From Blastocladiella emersonii ATCC 22665 (lineage: Eukaryota; Fungi; Blastocladiomycota), in contig JANHCV010000008.1 of the NCBI GenBank assembly GCA_025594325.1, positions 1,302,001 to 1,366,000 on the forward strand: DNA of 64,000 nt, given 5' to 3'. Below, piece by piece: positions 11,853 through 21,875 of the stretch. Every line of letters begins with the position of its first letter. The first letter of the stretch is position 1. The notes beneath the pieces are model-generated. The model had not been told where the DNA came from. It ran no database searches and saw nothing but the letters and a program-made list of their open reading frames with translations. The position numbers and the translations under genes were made by a program.

Positions 11853-12073
11853 CCCAAGAGTGACACCGAAATCGAGCAGGCCGTGGCCCAGTGGCTCAAA
11901 CAGCTCGGGTTCGCCAATACCGCGCAAGTGGGCGGCACTGAATCCGCAGGTCGTGTCAAGAAGTTGCGCGGCGTCCTGGGCACGCTGCTGTGGCTCCCGG
12001 CCTCGGCCCGTGTGCCTGCGCTGCGGAAGCTGTGGAATGCTGTTGTCGAAGCGTTTTCGTTGTCATCCGAAAA
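11853..12073 (+). pseudogene. Gag-like subfamily B, part 2 (3' end after transposon)
   Basis: KSDTEIEQAVAQWLKQLG...KKLRGVLGTLLWLPASARVPALRKLWNAVVEAFSLSSE is nearly identical to the C-terminus of 16590-18188. The paralogous TAA is AAA here. Confidence 0.85.
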
Positions 12074-12221
12074 AAGTCGTGCCCTATCTTCGGCGCGAAG
12101 GTCACCTGAACGTGGCGCACCCGCCACAGCTGTCGGCGGTCGGTCAGCCACGCCAACGCGGCGAGCGGCGCCACGAGTCCTCGCTCGCACCCCTTCTCGA
12201 CCGTAAACGCATCACCCACCC

Positions 12222-13850
12222 ATGAAGCTCAATGTAACCTCATGCAACGTGAATGAAAACACTATGCAAACTGAGAACCTGGCTCAGCGCCGCGCCGCGA
12301 CGCTCATGACCGCCTTCGACCTGCGGGCGCAGCTCGTTCGAGATGCCGTCACCTTGCGCTGCAGCCCACCTGCCGAAGCGCAGGATTTTGATAATCTGAA
12401 ATCGTACACTCTTGTTACATCCAAAGCGCTATTCGAGGTCGAGGAGACGGGCGCACTGCTTGAAGCCCAGCTAGCTGCATTGCTACATGACCGACCACGC
12501 TCACCAAAGCCAGCTTACCAACCCCAACCCGATATTCCGCCCTCACAATTGCCTATGCCAGCTCTTTCCGCCGACTTGGACCTCGTCGCATTGGTGGATC
12601 GGAAGGCGCCGCACTTTCGCGCCAGCAACTCGGATGTCCCGAACAGCCGAAACTACCGCTCAGCATCCCGCTACATCCCCATGCTGCAAGCGGTGGCCCC
12701 GTGCACGAATCCTGCGGCGCTGCTCCTCGCGGCGCGCTCGCGCGTCCCGCAGAACATCTACACGGTCTACTCGGCCCTCCTGCGGCCATCCATGTCCAAC
12801 GACGAAGCGAAGAGCGCGTTTCGCCGCGCGGCCGATCCCTCGTGGAGTAGCGGCTGGGTTAGCGCCTGGCTTGAGTTATCACCTCGGTCGCAGTACGACA
12901 TCGGCGCCTTTTGTCACGAATTCCGCGGTCTGCTCAGCGAGGTAGTTGAAGTGACGCCTGAACTCAAGCGAGAGCGTCATATCAAGATGCTGTTCGTCGA
13001 GCGGATCGGGCGCAGCTTTGGACCAGCTCCATGGTCTGTCCGGCGACGTGTAGAAGATAAAAACCAGTCGCTTGCCGATATCGTGTCCGAATACGAACGG
13101 AATGCGCGCTTCAAGGAAAGCGCTCCGCGGACGAGGTCCAAATCGCCTCCAGATGGCAGAAACCGCGTCCGGTCGCGTTCGCGCTCGCCACTTACATCTT
13201 CAAATCTTAGCGGATCGCGCAGACGCTTTCTTTCATCGTCACGGTCTAGATCGCGATCTCGGTCACGGTTGCGGTCACCCTCGCGCTCGCGCTCGCCGCC
13301 GCCACGGCGCCCATCGTCACGGTCCAGATTGCACTCTCAGTCGTAGTTGTGTTCGCTGCAAACCCGGCCCCCGCCCCGTCCGCGGGATTCAGCCTCGTTA
13401 CCATCGCATCTGGCACAGCGGCGACTGCTTAACCACTGTGCCGGTCTCTTCAACCGCATGGAAAAATGTGTGCTTTGCAGCGATCCAACCTTTCCCAACG
13501 TTCGCATATCACAGGCCTCTCACCACACTGAAGCCTGTCCCCTCCTCGACCGGCCCCGCGTGCTCGCATGTTCGTTCCTGGCTTCTCGCGATACGTTCCA
13601 TATTTTGAATCCCGTTTCACCGCCGTCTCTCGATCCCCGCGACCTGGTCAACGTTACAACCAAGTGGGTGCTCCGGTTCCGCGAGGTTCGGATCCCGCCT
13701 GGAACCCATATCTCAGTTGTGCGCGAGCTGGAGTGGTGCCGCGTAATGCTCAAGGCAATGCTCTGACTCTCACCATTGCGGCCGACAGAGGTGCTGCGCG
13801 CCATGTGGGAAGAAGTGTTGAAGTTGGCCGCGGAGAAAATGATCGCAACG
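12222..13850 (+). pseudogene. Gag-like subfamily A with two in-frame stops
   Basis: ORF 12222-13346 (helix, capsid-like, RS tract), TAG, then in-frame 13347-13766 with CVLC-x14-H-x4-C PLLDRPRVLA, TGA, then VLRAMWEEV. Confidence 0.8.
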
Positions 13851-13899
13851 GTGGACGTGTACTCACGCGGCCATGGAAGGCGCTGCTATAAATGCATTT

Positions 13900-14390
13900 G
13901 ATTTACGTCCATCAATCACTTCCCTGCCGCCCCGATGCGCGGTGGCGAGGACTGGGACGTCGATGGGCGCAGGCGCGACGCCAGCGACCGCGGTCAGGGC
14001 GAGCAGCGAGTCATGTCGAGCGCCATGCAGGCGACGGAGAGAGCGTCACGGGTCCAAGTTGAGGTCGCAGCCACGCCAGCGCACCGTGAAGGGCGCGTCC
14101 ATGTTTGTGCCAACGACGGCCGCGACACCCAGCAGTAGATGCGTGACGACACCCTGGTCGACGAGCGCGTTGGCCAACTCGTTGCCCCGAGTTCCCAGCG
14201 TGGCCGCGAGCCCACACGAAGTTGAACTGGAGCCCGCGGGCCGCGGACGATCCAGCAGAGCACGGCCTACTCGAGCGAGGACGATGCGCAAACTCGTACC
14301 CTTGGAAGGGCAAGAGGATTTTTTACAGCCGAATCGACGATGCCCTTGTTGTGTAGGATGGAGGTGAGCATGAATCCGCGAGTCATGCAA
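13900..14390 (-). mobile_element. RNase H remnant (RNase HI / non-LTR type)
   Basis: Correcting a 1-nt insertion near 14187 gives LQFNFVWARGHAGNSGNELANALVDQG, the W.xGH.G..GNE.AD motif. Surrounding frame is degraded. Confidence 0.65.
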
Positions 14391-14395
14391 AAACG

Positions 14396-14494
14396 TTGCG
14401 CGGCGTCCTGGGCGCGCTGCTGTGACTACGTGTGCCTGCGCTCCGGAATCTGTGGGATTCTGTTGTGGATGAGATTCCGTCGTCATCCGAGTAA
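14396..14494 (+). pseudogene. 3' fragment of a subfamily B Gag-like gene
   Basis: LRGVLGALL*LRVPALRNLWDSVVDEIPSSSE* followed by a spacer similar to 12080-12220 and 18190-18340. Confidence 0.75.
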
Positions 14495-14643
14495 CGCCTT
14501 GTTTCCCTCGTTCGCGGAGGTCACTTGAGCATGACACGCCTGCCACAGCGTTCGGTGGTTGCTCAGCCACACTGTTACGGTGAACTGCGCCACGAGCCGG
14601 CTCACGTCTCGCCCGCTCACGACCACAAAGGCGTCACCTGCCC

Positions 14644-16272
14644 ATGAAACTTGATGTAACTTCATGCAACGTGGATGAAAACAACATGCAAACTGAGACC
14701 CCGGCCCAGCGCCGTGCCGCGACGCTCATGGCCGCCATCGAACTGCGGGCGCAGCTCGTCCGAATGACGCTCTTTGCGCGCTGCTCCCCGCCTGACGGCG
14801 TGAGACTCGAGTATCTCCAATCTCTCGCTCGCAAGACGGAGACGGCGCTTCGCGAAATCGAGGAGGGTGGGGCCTCGCTCGATGTCGAACATGCGGCTGA
14901 CCCGACAGTCCAGTTCCCGAATCGATTACCCACACCCATTCCTTCGACGCTCCCCAAACATGGCTCTTCGAACCAGCCTTCCGATTTTACGCCCGCTCGC
15001 GAGCCTACTCTTGCTGATTTGGCGGCCCAAGGCGGCCCGTACTACCGCTGCGCGCCGCGAAACATCCCCGCGACGATGGAAGTGCGGACCTCTGGAAAGT
15101 TCCTCGACCGTTTGAAGGCACTGGCGCCGCACGCCCGCCTGACCTCGCTTGTACTGGCTGCCCGCTCCCGGCTCTCACGCGACATTTACGCGGTGTGCTG
15201 CGCGTTGCTTCGCGAGACGACTTCGGACGCCGAAACCAGGCGACTCTTCCAGTTCTGCACGTGTAACCACTGGAATCGCTCGTTTGTGCACGCGTGGCTC
15301 ACCCTCGTGCCCCAATCGCGCGAGACACTCGGTCAATACTTTGCCGCATTTATTCATACGCTCGGCGACGTGACTCGAGTCACGTTCGAGGTCCAGCGCG
15401 AGCGGCACGTCAAATGGATCTTCGTTGCAAAGGTTGAATCCAAGCTTCAGTGGCTTCCGGATTCCGTCCAACAACTTGTTGACGACCCAGAAAAGTCACT
15501 TTCTGATATCCTCGCCGAGTACACTCGCCTTGTGCGGTCGGACGGTGCCAGGACGGCGCAGCCAACGCTTGCCGACCATCCACTCCCCACGGCGTCGCAC
15601 AAATCTTGCTCTCCGTCCTTGTCGCATTTCCACGAGCAGCCGATGTCGCCGCCCAGATCCCAGCAGCATAGCCGGTCGCATTCCCGCTCGCGCGCTCGAT
15701 CGCGTTCACCGTCAAGACTTCCACATCGCTCACGGTCGCGGCCAAGTGTCCCTTCGCCTTCCCTGCAACAACTACCACGAGCTCAGCCCCAACCAGAAAC
15801 TGCAGACCCGCTTGCGCACCAACCTCGTGCAGCCGCGGCACCTCCTCGCGCCGCTGGGCCGACTGGACTCCCTCCTCGCCCAAAACTTTGCGCACTCTGC
15901 CCCGACCGGACCATCATTCCCACTTGGAAGATCTTGCCCACGACGCACTCGGCCAGCGAATGCCCTATCCTCGAGCAACCGCAGGTCCTGGCCGAGCACT
16001 TTTGCTTCGCAGCGCACTTTCTGGGAATCGGACAGCCCACGGCGCCCACTGCAGGCGCGCCGCTCTGCGAAACGGCTATCGATTGGAGGGAACGCCTGGT
16101 CCAGACACGGATTCCACCCAACACGTCGTATCCAACCTCGCAGCGGGTCAAGTGGATTCGGAGCATCCTCACGACACTCACCCACTTGCCTGAGCCGAAC
16201 CGGGAGCGCGTGTTGCGCGGGATATGGGACGCAGTTGCCTCAGCTGTCACTGCCGCGCAGCCGCCTGGGTGA
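14644..16272 (+). CDS. Gag-like protein, subfamily A (intact, 542 aa)
   Basis: N-helix ATLMAAIELRAQLVR; capsid-like core (FVHAWLTLVPQSRETLGQYFAAF..ERHVKWIF); RS/P-rich tract; CALC-x15-H-x4-C; helical C-terminus. Confidence 0.75.
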   Translation: MKLDVTSCNVDENNMQTETPAQRRAATLMAAIELRAQLVRMTLFARCSPPDGVRLEYLQSLARKTETALREIEEGGASLDVEHAADPTVQFPNRLPTPIPSTLPKHGSSNQPSDFTPAREPTLADLAAQGGPYYRCAPRNIPATMEVRTSGKFLDRLKALAPHARLTSLVLAARSRLSRDIYAVCCALLRETTSDAETRRLFQFCTCNHWNRSFVHAWLTLVPQSRETLGQYFAAFIHTLGDVTRVTFEVQRERHVKWIFVAKVESKLQWLPDSVQQLVDDPEKSLSDILAEYTRLVRSDGARTAQPTLADHPLPTASHKSCSPSLSHFHEQPMSPPRSQQHSRSHSRSRARSRSPSRLPHRSRSRPSVPSPSLQQLPRAQPQPETADPLAHQPRAAAAPPRAAGPTGLPPRPKLCALCPDRTIIPTWKILPTTHSASECPILEQPQVLAEHFCFAAHFLGIGQPTAPTAGAPLCETAIDWRERLVQTRIPPNTSYPTSQRVKWIRSILTTLTHLPEPNRERVLRGIWDAVASAVTAAQPPG

Positions 16273-16405
16273 AACGGGCTTGGACAAATGCAAAGATCAA
16301 GTTTGAGATCAAGTCGCTCCGGGAGTTCAAACGCGTATTGCAATGGCTAATTGGCGTGAATAGAATACGTTTTTGCAAATCATTGCGAAACCCGATGCGT
16401 TCCGA

Positions 16406-16434
16406 CGCGTTCCGATATCACGCTGTGGCGCGCC
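16406..16434 (+). promoter_or_regulatory. Conserved 29-bp upstream element of subfamily B genes
   Basis: CGCGTTCCGATATCACGCTGTGGCGCGCC is identical at 16406-16434 and 19384-19412. Related GATATCACGC cores lie upstream of the minus-strand genes at 6793 and 25072. Confidence 0.55.
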
Positions 16435-16589
16435 GCCCGTGCAACCAGCACCCCTGGTGCAACGTGTGGCGTCCTCGTTGCGTCACGACTCCCGCCTGAG
16501 CCTCCTCACCGGCTGCGGACGGAGCAGCTTCGCCTCCTCCCGCTGCCTTCTTGAGCTGGCAACCCGATGCAACTTGAACCGCTAACTCC

Positions 16590-18188
16590 ATGCAACTTAC
16601 TCCGTTATCGACGGTCGATCGACTTGCCGGGTCTCTTCTGCCATGCGAGCACGGCCCGGATGAGTCCGCTGTTGCGTCGGCTATTGCGCTCTCAGTGGAA
16701 CCCGAAGACGGCGCTCTGCTTGACGACACGTCTATGGTGCTCTCCGTGCTCAACTCGCGCTTACGGAACATCCGCGACGTTTTGCTGCACCGTTTATCGG
16801 ACAGTTCCAAGGATCACGCCGAGCAGCATGTCATGCCCGTCGCATCGCTGGATGGTGCTTCGAGTGCCGAAAACCTTTTCGACGCCCGCTCGCATGACAG
16901 CCAAGTTCTTGCACCTTTGGAGTTGCCTGTGCCGACAACAGTCGCGTTGAACGGCACACTGCCGTCTCCCCGCACACTTGCCTCAGCTTCGCCGGCTCCA
17001 AATCCGTCGCTAGTCGTTACTCCCGCGAGCACTTATGACGGTCCTCATGACTACCGGCTCTTTCGCCGCATCCGAACGAGTGTTCCGGGTTTTCGCACGA
17101 CTCGCGACGAATTTGAGCTGGAGGTTGATCCACGCGCCTTTCTCTCAGCTCTGCGCGCAGCGGTTCCCGATGACACGCCCCTAGCGCACCTTCTCATCGC
17201 GGCCCGCTCGCGATGCCAACCGGGCTTCTACTGCACCTATGCTGTCCTCTTGCTTGATACCACGACCGACGACGAGGCCGAGCGCATCTTTATTGGTATC
17301 GCGGAAGACTCGTTGCATCGCTCATGGGTCACGCGGTGGACGCGGCTGCATATTGGGTCCGACTCGAAAACGGCCATCGCCCGCTACTTCAACCAGTTTT
17401 GTTGGCTTCTCAACCAAGTGGTCCATGTCACACCAGCACTGCTTCTCCAGCAGCACGTCAAGCACGTTCTCAATATCCGCATGTTCCAGGACATCCGCTG
17501 GAGCCCACGCTCCGCGCGCAAAATGATTCTCGACCCGGCATTATCGCTCACCGACGTGGTCAAGGAGTACTTGCGGCTTGGCAGTGGCCGCTCTTTATCG
17601 CGCGACCGCGAACGTAGCCCTGTCCGGGATTCTCTCCGCCGGCCAAGGTCCCGCTCGCCTTCTCGGTCGCGCTTGGACGATTTGTATCAGCAACACGTGC
17701 TTGGAGCTTCGAGTGCCCGGTTCGCAGAGCCGCCGTGTGCAACGGAGACCCCTTCTCGCACTAAGCCGAATCATCCCGCAGCATCTCCCGCCGCGTGCAG
17801 CTTCTGCAAACAGTACGGCTCCGAGTCCGCGCCCAATACTCTGGGAAACCATGCCCCATCTGCTTGTCCGAGCCTGCACCAGCCGGCCCTTCACGCTCAA
17901 ATTCTTGCCGCGGTGGCGCGCGAGCTCGACCTTGAGCTCCTACCTGCTTCGATGCTGGCCCAAACGCAAACGAGTGACAGCGACATCGAGCGAGTAGTCG
18001 CTCAGTGGCTCAAACATCTCGGTATAGCCAACATTTCGCAAGTAGGCGGTACTGAGACCGCCGATCGTGTGAAGAAGTTGCGCGGCGTCCTGGGCGCGCT
18101 CCTGTGGCTCCCGGCCTCGACTCGTGTTCCTGCTCTGCGGAAGTTGTGGGATGCTGTTGTTGAAGAATTTTCGTTGTCATCCGAATAA
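16590..18188 (+). CDS. Gag-like protein, subfamily B (intact, 532 aa)
   Basis: LSVLNSRLRNI helix; FYCTYAVLLLDTTTDDEAERIF capsid-like core; RS tract; CSFC-x14-H-x4-C; KKLRGVLGALLWLP C-terminus. Confidence 0.75.
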   Translation: MQLTPLSTVDRLAGSLLPCEHGPDESAVASAIALSVEPEDGALLDDTSMVLSVLNSRLRNIRDVLLHRLSDSSKDHAEQHVMPVASLDGASSAENLFDARSHDSQVLAPLELPVPTTVALNGTLPSPRTLASASPAPNPSLVVTPASTYDGPHDYRLFRRIRTSVPGFRTTRDEFELEVDPRAFLSALRAAVPDDTPLAHLLIAARSRCQPGFYCTYAVLLLDTTTDDEAERIFIGIAEDSLHRSWVTRWTRLHIGSDSKTAIARYFNQFCWLLNQVVHVTPALLLQQHVKHVLNIRMFQDIRWSPRSARKMILDPALSLTDVVKEYLRLGSGRSLSRDRERSPVRDSLRRPRSRSPSRSRLDDLYQQHVLGASSARFAEPPCATETPSRTKPNHPAASPAACSFCKQYGSESAPNTLGNHAPSACPSLHQPALHAQILAAVARELDLELLPASMLAQTQTSDSDIERVVAQWLKHLGIANISQVGGTETADRVKKLRGVLGALLWLPASTRVPALRKLWDAVVEEFSLSSE

Positions 18189-18350
18189 AGCATCGTTTCA
18201 GTTCCGACGCGGGGTTCACTTGAGCGTGACGCACCCGCCAAATCTGTCATCTGTCCAAGACACGTTGAACCGCGCGCGCCACGCGTCCACTCGCATTGAA
18301 ACGACTGCAGCGACGTAACACCAACGTAAATCAATGTAACATAATGCAAT

Positions 18351-18620
18351 GTGGAGGACCTCGTCATGCTACCCGGGAATTCGCCTCAGAGCCGCGCCGC
18401 GACGCTTATGACCGCCATCGACCTGCGAGCGCAGCTCTTTCTCATGGCTCTCTTCACGCGGTGCTCGCCGCTTGACGAGCTTCGCCTCGAGTGCTTGCAT
18501 ACTCTCACGCGTACGACAAAGACGGCGCTTCGTGAAATCGAAGACGTCGAGGTCTCATTGGAGGCGGAGCACGCGGCCGGGTTGGCTGAGACGATCGATT
18601 TCCCGCTCAACTCGACACCA
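18351..18620 (+). pseudogene. 5' fragment of subfamily A Gag-like gene
   Basis: RAATLMTAIDLRAQLFLMALFTRCSPLDELRLECL matches the 14644 N-terminus. Homology ends at a G-rich tract near 18625. Confidence 0.8.
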
Positions 18621-19449
18621 CCGCGGAGCGGAGGGGAGGGGGGGGGGGTCCAGGGGGGAGGGTCTCCCTCCCCCCGGCTCTTAGAGAAAGACCAGTTTGC
18701 GCAGGTTTAGGTTCTTTGTATATATTGTCCGACCGCCTTCGCGGTAAAAACCGTCGCCATTTGAGTGAAAGAGCGCGCCGGCCTTGAATCACTAGATTTT
18801 ACGATCGTTGCTGGCCTCCAAGTCGGCAAAATCATCTCGTTCGCCTCGATCACGGCCACCAACTCACCTAAAAACGATCGTGAACGGTTCCTGGTCCTTG
18901 TCGTTCCACAAACATGACCAGCAGTCGACGATATGTGGGTCCAAGCAGGTGAAACGGGCTCAAAGGCTGAGGAAAGTGTCGCTGCCGCGGCGATGAAGCG
19001 AACCCGAGAGATGCTCCTGGAGCACCCGGTGGTGCTGTCAACGTCCAGGGCGTCGCGGAGGACGCGAGAGCGAGCTAGGTCGTGTGTGCGTGGTGATCCT
19101 AGGGTCGTCTCGCGCAGGAGAAGCAGCGCGCGCCACGTCGATTGGGCGTTTCATTGAGTTGCATGGAGTGTTGATTCAATTTTTTCGCGATTCGTGGGCG
19201 TCAACAGGGCGCGGGCAAGGGATCAGGCGGGGCCGCGCGGTGAGCGAGCGACGCATAGCGTCGCGGTCACGTGACGCGTCGCTAGGCCGGCGGCTCTTCT
19301 CCCGTCGTGCCTCGGTGTGTGGGTGAAGTGCACAATTTTTCATATCGCTCGATTGTGCGCGTTTTACACGTCGTTGGAAGCGGCGCGTTCCGATATCACG
19401 CTGTGGCGCGCCACCCGGGCAGCGGTGTGGCGTTCGCGACAGCTGCGTC

Positions 19450-21135
19450 ATGACGTCGACCGTGGCCGTGAGACAACTCCCTCACCTCCTCTCTACCCCT
19501 CCCACATGCCATGCAACCGCACCCTTTGACTCCATGCAACAGACCATGTCATTACCAAACGATGCACCGGCCGAGTCTTGGGAAGCTTCCGGGCACTTTA
19601 ACACCGAAGTAGCCAAGGAACTTGATGATTCCTCCATGACGACTGATGAGACTTTGATTCTCTGTTCTATCAACCTGCGTCTGCAGCAGGTGCATGCCGC
19701 ACTGCGGGACCGCATAATTCTTGCTACTGTGTCTCAGCAACCTCTGGATGTTAGCACTCCCAACGCGTGGACCGCCAAGGCCTTGCCCCGCGACGCTTCA
19801 CCTCACAGCGTTTTGAATGACTCTGCCTTTTCCTGTTCTCCAACGGCTGCGGCCATGCGCGCCGATTATGCCTCAGACCCACTCGGACTCCCAGTGAAAC
19901 CCACACCTCCGCCAAATGAACGCCCATCGCTACCCAAGCGTCCCGCATCGTCGCTGGAAAGCAAAGCGTCGGTTTTGTCCACGCTCCGTCGACCAAAATA
20001 CTCGAATGCGCAAGATCCGGCGCTCTTTTCCCGAATCAAACGCCAAATGCCCTGCTTTCGTACCAAGCGGGGCTTGTTTCCCGTGGAAGGCGACCCTTTC
20101 GCGTTTATCGATCTCCTTCGGCTGACTGTGCCAAACACGCCGCTTGCCACACTGCTTCTCGCCGCACGCTCCAAGTTCGACCCGAGGTTTTACTGCACGT
20201 ACGCGGTGCTCTTGCGCGAGACCACGCCCGACGACGAGACAGAGCGCATCTTCGTTGACCTAACGAACGGCACGTTCAAACCGAAATGGGTCGCACGGTG
20301 GTACGCGCTGCGGGCGCAGTCGCGGTCGAGCGCGGGCATGGCGGCTTACTTTGCGGCGTTCCGCGACCTTCTTGCCGAAGTTGTTGACCTGACCCCGGCC
20401 GTTTTACTCGAGCCGCACGTCAAGCATGTCTTTAACATCCGCGTGTTCCACGATCTCGGCTGGAGCCCCGAGTCTATCCGTCCCCTCATCACAAACCGCC
20501 ACTTTTCTCTAAAAGAATTTGTCGACGAGTACGTCAAGCTTGGAGACAGCGTTTATGCGCCAAGTGGTGTGCACGAAAGCGAGACCGGACTGGTGTTGGA
20601 CTCGCCCGAACGGTCAAGATTGCGAACGCCGTCGCCCGCGAGCTCGCTCTCACCACATCGGCAGCGCTCTCGCACTCCCACTCGCCTTCTAGGTGAGGCT
20701 TCGCGGCCGGCCTTGCCTGTTCCCAAGCCCGCCGCCGGGTGCAGTTTCTGCCTCAAGTATGCCGCCGCCGATTCGACCTCCGCGCTCTCAACGGTTCACA
20801 CTCCGTCGACGTGCCCATACTTGCATCAACCGTCCGCCCACGCGAAGCTCCTTGTCACGTCGGCGCGGGAGCTTGACATTGATCTCACGGTACTTCTCGG
20901 ACCCGCTCTTTCGGCGGAAAGCGACACCAAGATCGAACGCGCGACGTCGCAGTGGTTGAAGCATCTCGGATCCGCAACGGCTGCGCCAAGGCAAGATTCT
21001 GGGCCCGCCCACAACGTGAAGAAGGTGCGCGGGGTGCTCAGCGCGCTGCTATGGCTCCCGGCCGCGGCACGCGTTCCCGCGTTGCGAACGCTTTATGAGG
21101 CGGTCAAGGAAGAGATGCGGGTCGCGTCCGAATAA
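19450..21135 (+). CDS. Gag-like protein, subfamily B (intact, up to 561 aa; start may be 19534 or 19546)
   Basis: ILCSINLRLQQVHAAL; FYCTYAVLLRETTPDDETERIF; HVKHVFNIRVF; CSFC-x15-H-x4-C; KKVRGVLSALLWLP. Confidence 0.75.
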   Translation: MTSTVAVRQLPHLLSTPPTCHATAPFDSMQQTMSLPNDAPAESWEASGHFNTEVAKELDDSSMTTDETLILCSINLRLQQVHAALRDRIILATVSQQPLDVSTPNAWTAKALPRDASPHSVLNDSAFSCSPTAAAMRADYASDPLGLPVKPTPPPNERPSLPKRPASSLESKASVLSTLRRPKYSNAQDPALFSRIKRQMPCFRTKRGLFPVEGDPFAFIDLLRLTVPNTPLATLLLAARSKFDPRFYCTYAVLLRETTPDDETERIFVDLTNGTFKPKWVARWYALRAQSRSSAGMAAYFAAFRDLLAEVVDLTPAVLLEPHVKHVFNIRVFHDLGWSPESIRPLITNRHFSLKEFVDEYVKLGDSVYAPSGVHESETGLVLDSPERSRLRTPSPASSLSPHRQRSRTPTRLLGEASRPALPVPKPAAGCSFCLKYAAADSTSALSTVHTPSTCPYLHQPSAHAKLLVTSARELDIDLTVLLGPALSAESDTKIERATSQWLKHLGSATAAPRQDSGPAHNVKKVRGVLSALLWLPAAARVPALRTLYEAVKEEMRVASE

Positions 21136-21264
21136 ATTAGAGGGTTATCTTTCCACCATCATAGAGGAAAACGCGGCGAACTTGTCTGCGTGACGAGCGA
21201 GACACGCCACTCGTCACGCGCGGTGAGCGCTGGCTGGCGCGTCGAACTCGAAGCTTCCGAACCA

Positions 21265-21824
21265 ATGAAAGGTCATGTAACTCCATGCAATATGATGTCG
21301 ACGGACCTCTGACACAAGAAACCAGATCGAAACTGCGTTGCAGCTTGTTCACCGCCCTCGACTTGCGCGCTCAGCTGGTCCGAATGACGCTGTTGACCTG
21401 AAGCTGTTTCGTCAATAGCGTGCTATTACAGTGCTTTCATGACCGCATTGGCGTCACGAGCGAGCTGCTTCGCGATCTCGAAGATGCCCCAGGCGCTCAT
21501 CTCAGTTCTCATCCTGCCAAGTGTGCTCCTGACACGACCAGTTCGTTACCGCCCTCACCCGCTCATCCGCCTTGTCCGCGTTCGGCAGGCGACCTATCAT
21601 GCCCAGATACCGCCTCCCAGCGTCTTCGCGGACAAGATCTGGCTGCTCTCGTGGCTCCCAACGCGGCTTATTTTTACTGTGCGCCGCGCGACGCGCCTTG
21701 GTCGCTGGAAGAGCAGGTCCCGGAGATTTTTCTCTGTCTCGAGGCGGTCGCTCCGAGAGCAAGTCTTGCGTCACTACTCCTCGCTGACAGCGTGCTGTGC
21801 GAGGTCGCGATGCGACGCGGTTGA
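21265..21824 (+). pseudogene. Subfamily A Gag-like 5' fragment, disrupted
   Basis: Start motif at 21265; SLFTALDLRAQLVRMTLLT*; then DLAALVAPNAAYFYCAPRDAPWSLEEQVPEIF..VAPRASLASLLLA, matching 32091. Confidence 0.75.
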
Positions 21825-21875
21825 AACCTGTATATTTAAGTCGATAGGGGAGAAGAGAACAATAAAGTTGATTGC

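Noticed and set aside
13344-13766. Programmed gag-style stop readthrough in the 12222 gene
   Set aside because: The stops are not at matching positions in paralogs, which are open there, and a second stop and erosion follow. Ordinary pseudogenisation is simpler.
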